Positions 63,000 through 64,000 of a DNA stretch of 64,000 nt are shown in pieces. Both the position numbers and the translations under genes were made by a program. Origin of the DNA: Lingula anatina (taxonomy: Eukaryota; Animalia; Brachiopoda); the NCBI GenBank assembly GCA_051362555.1, contig CM120643.1, positions 10,168,001-10,232,000 on the forward strand. Reading direction: 5' to 3'. Numbering within the stretch: position 1 is the stretch's first letter; each line of letters starts with the position of its first letter. Under the pieces are notes generated by a model. It did no database searches. It was not told the DNA's origin and worked only from the letters and a program-made list of their open reading frames with translations.

Positions 63000-63731
63000 C
63001 ATATGGCTAGTTTCATGGTGGTTCATTTGCTGAAATATCAATGTGCCTGTCAGGTTCTTGAGTAGCACCGAGTTAACTTGACAGAGGTACGTCGTCATCA
63101 GAATCACTTCCATTGCAACATATATCTGAAAAAAAATATTATCACACAGTTAAAAAGATGCTGACGTGTTAATTGCTCATGTTATGTTAAAGTCCACTGT
63201 ACGGACAACACTGACCTAGCTTTTCCTGCACTTGTAAAACTATCGAGCAAAAATTAAATATTTAATTTCCGGCAGCTTACCATTTTGCTTATTTAATACA
63301 TCTGTGTGTCTTTTTGATTGTTTACAATCACTTTGCAAACTTGACAGTGGTGCATCTAAATCATCTGCAACACTTGCATTATGACATTCACCCGAAATAA
63401 TAAAATAATATTTTACTGTCAAAAAGGTTCTGACATGTGCTAGTCTCTTATTATTTGTCATTTGTATAATTCCACTCAATCCACTGTGGTGATTGCACCT
63501 GCCTTTTTATATCCGATACTGGTAATAATGTTGTCGGTACAGTGGAAATATCTTACTGAGCATGACACACAAGGGACAGATTGATAGTGCCCATGTATGT
63601 AAGACATTTTACTTTCAACTCCATAAACTAAAAAGTTCTAGTTATAGACCAGAAAGCTTACCTTTTGATTTTGCTGCCAGATTTTGCTCTTTATTTTTTC
63701 TCCTGCGGGCCTTGATCCATTTTAATGGCAT
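63000..63731 (-). pseudogene. Probable decayed multi-exon coding fragment
   Basis: Exon-like pieces 63662-63731 (tttcag...G|gtaag), 63281-63391 (donor G|gtaag, but the acceptor reads tttcgg) and one starting at 63125 (ttttcag). The phases are compatible. The peptides contain DDLDAPLSSL and SDSDDDVPLSS followed by in-frame stops. No family recognised. Confidence 0.35.
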
Positions 63732-64000
63732 CTGAAAACAAAAAATAAAAATAAGGATGTGAGGCACATTTTCACGCAATCTTCTCATTACTTAGGTATA
63801 AATCCTGGATAAAAATATCACCAGTTGTAGTCCCCGCCATCTTGTTTTATTGTCATCTTTACCGATAAATATTTCTAAGAAAAAAAACTAAATTTGAGCT
63901 AAGTTTGACCCTACGACCTTCCACTACTTTTTTAGATGAACACAGGTTAACTGCCAATGCATAGTACAGATCTAATTTCGTGTTCGGTTGTACATTTGAA

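Overview
Eukaryotic (metazoan, probably marine invertebrate) genomic DNA: AT-rich, with GT-AG introns, microsatellites and many non-autonomous DNA transposons. There are no prokaryotic features (no CRISPR, rRNA or tRNA that I could recognise). Genes in order: (1) the 10.8-kb terminal exon of a sacsin-like protein (+), which stops before the J-domain and HEPN domain of canonical sacsin; (2) a complete CLPTM1L orthologue with 17 coding exons (-), reconstructed by hand; (3) a 4-exon ankyrin-repeat/SOCS-box (ASB-like) gene (+), head-to-head with CLPTM1L; (4,5) two tandem paralogous single-coding-exon LRR proteins with signal peptide, LRRNT, LRRCT and a GPI-like tail (+); (6) a 4-exon MARVEL-domain gene (-); (7) a probable decayed multi-exon fragment at the right end. 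The most striking non-coding structure is a 3.1-kb foldback-type transposon with modular tandem-repeat arms, an exact 9-bp target-site duplication, a nested MITE and promoter-like motifs inside. It lies between the divergent CLPTM1L and ASB coding regions. Helitron/Helentron-like elements carrying ~146-bp tandem repeats and several MITE families are also present. Family assignments come from remembered motifs, not from database searches.
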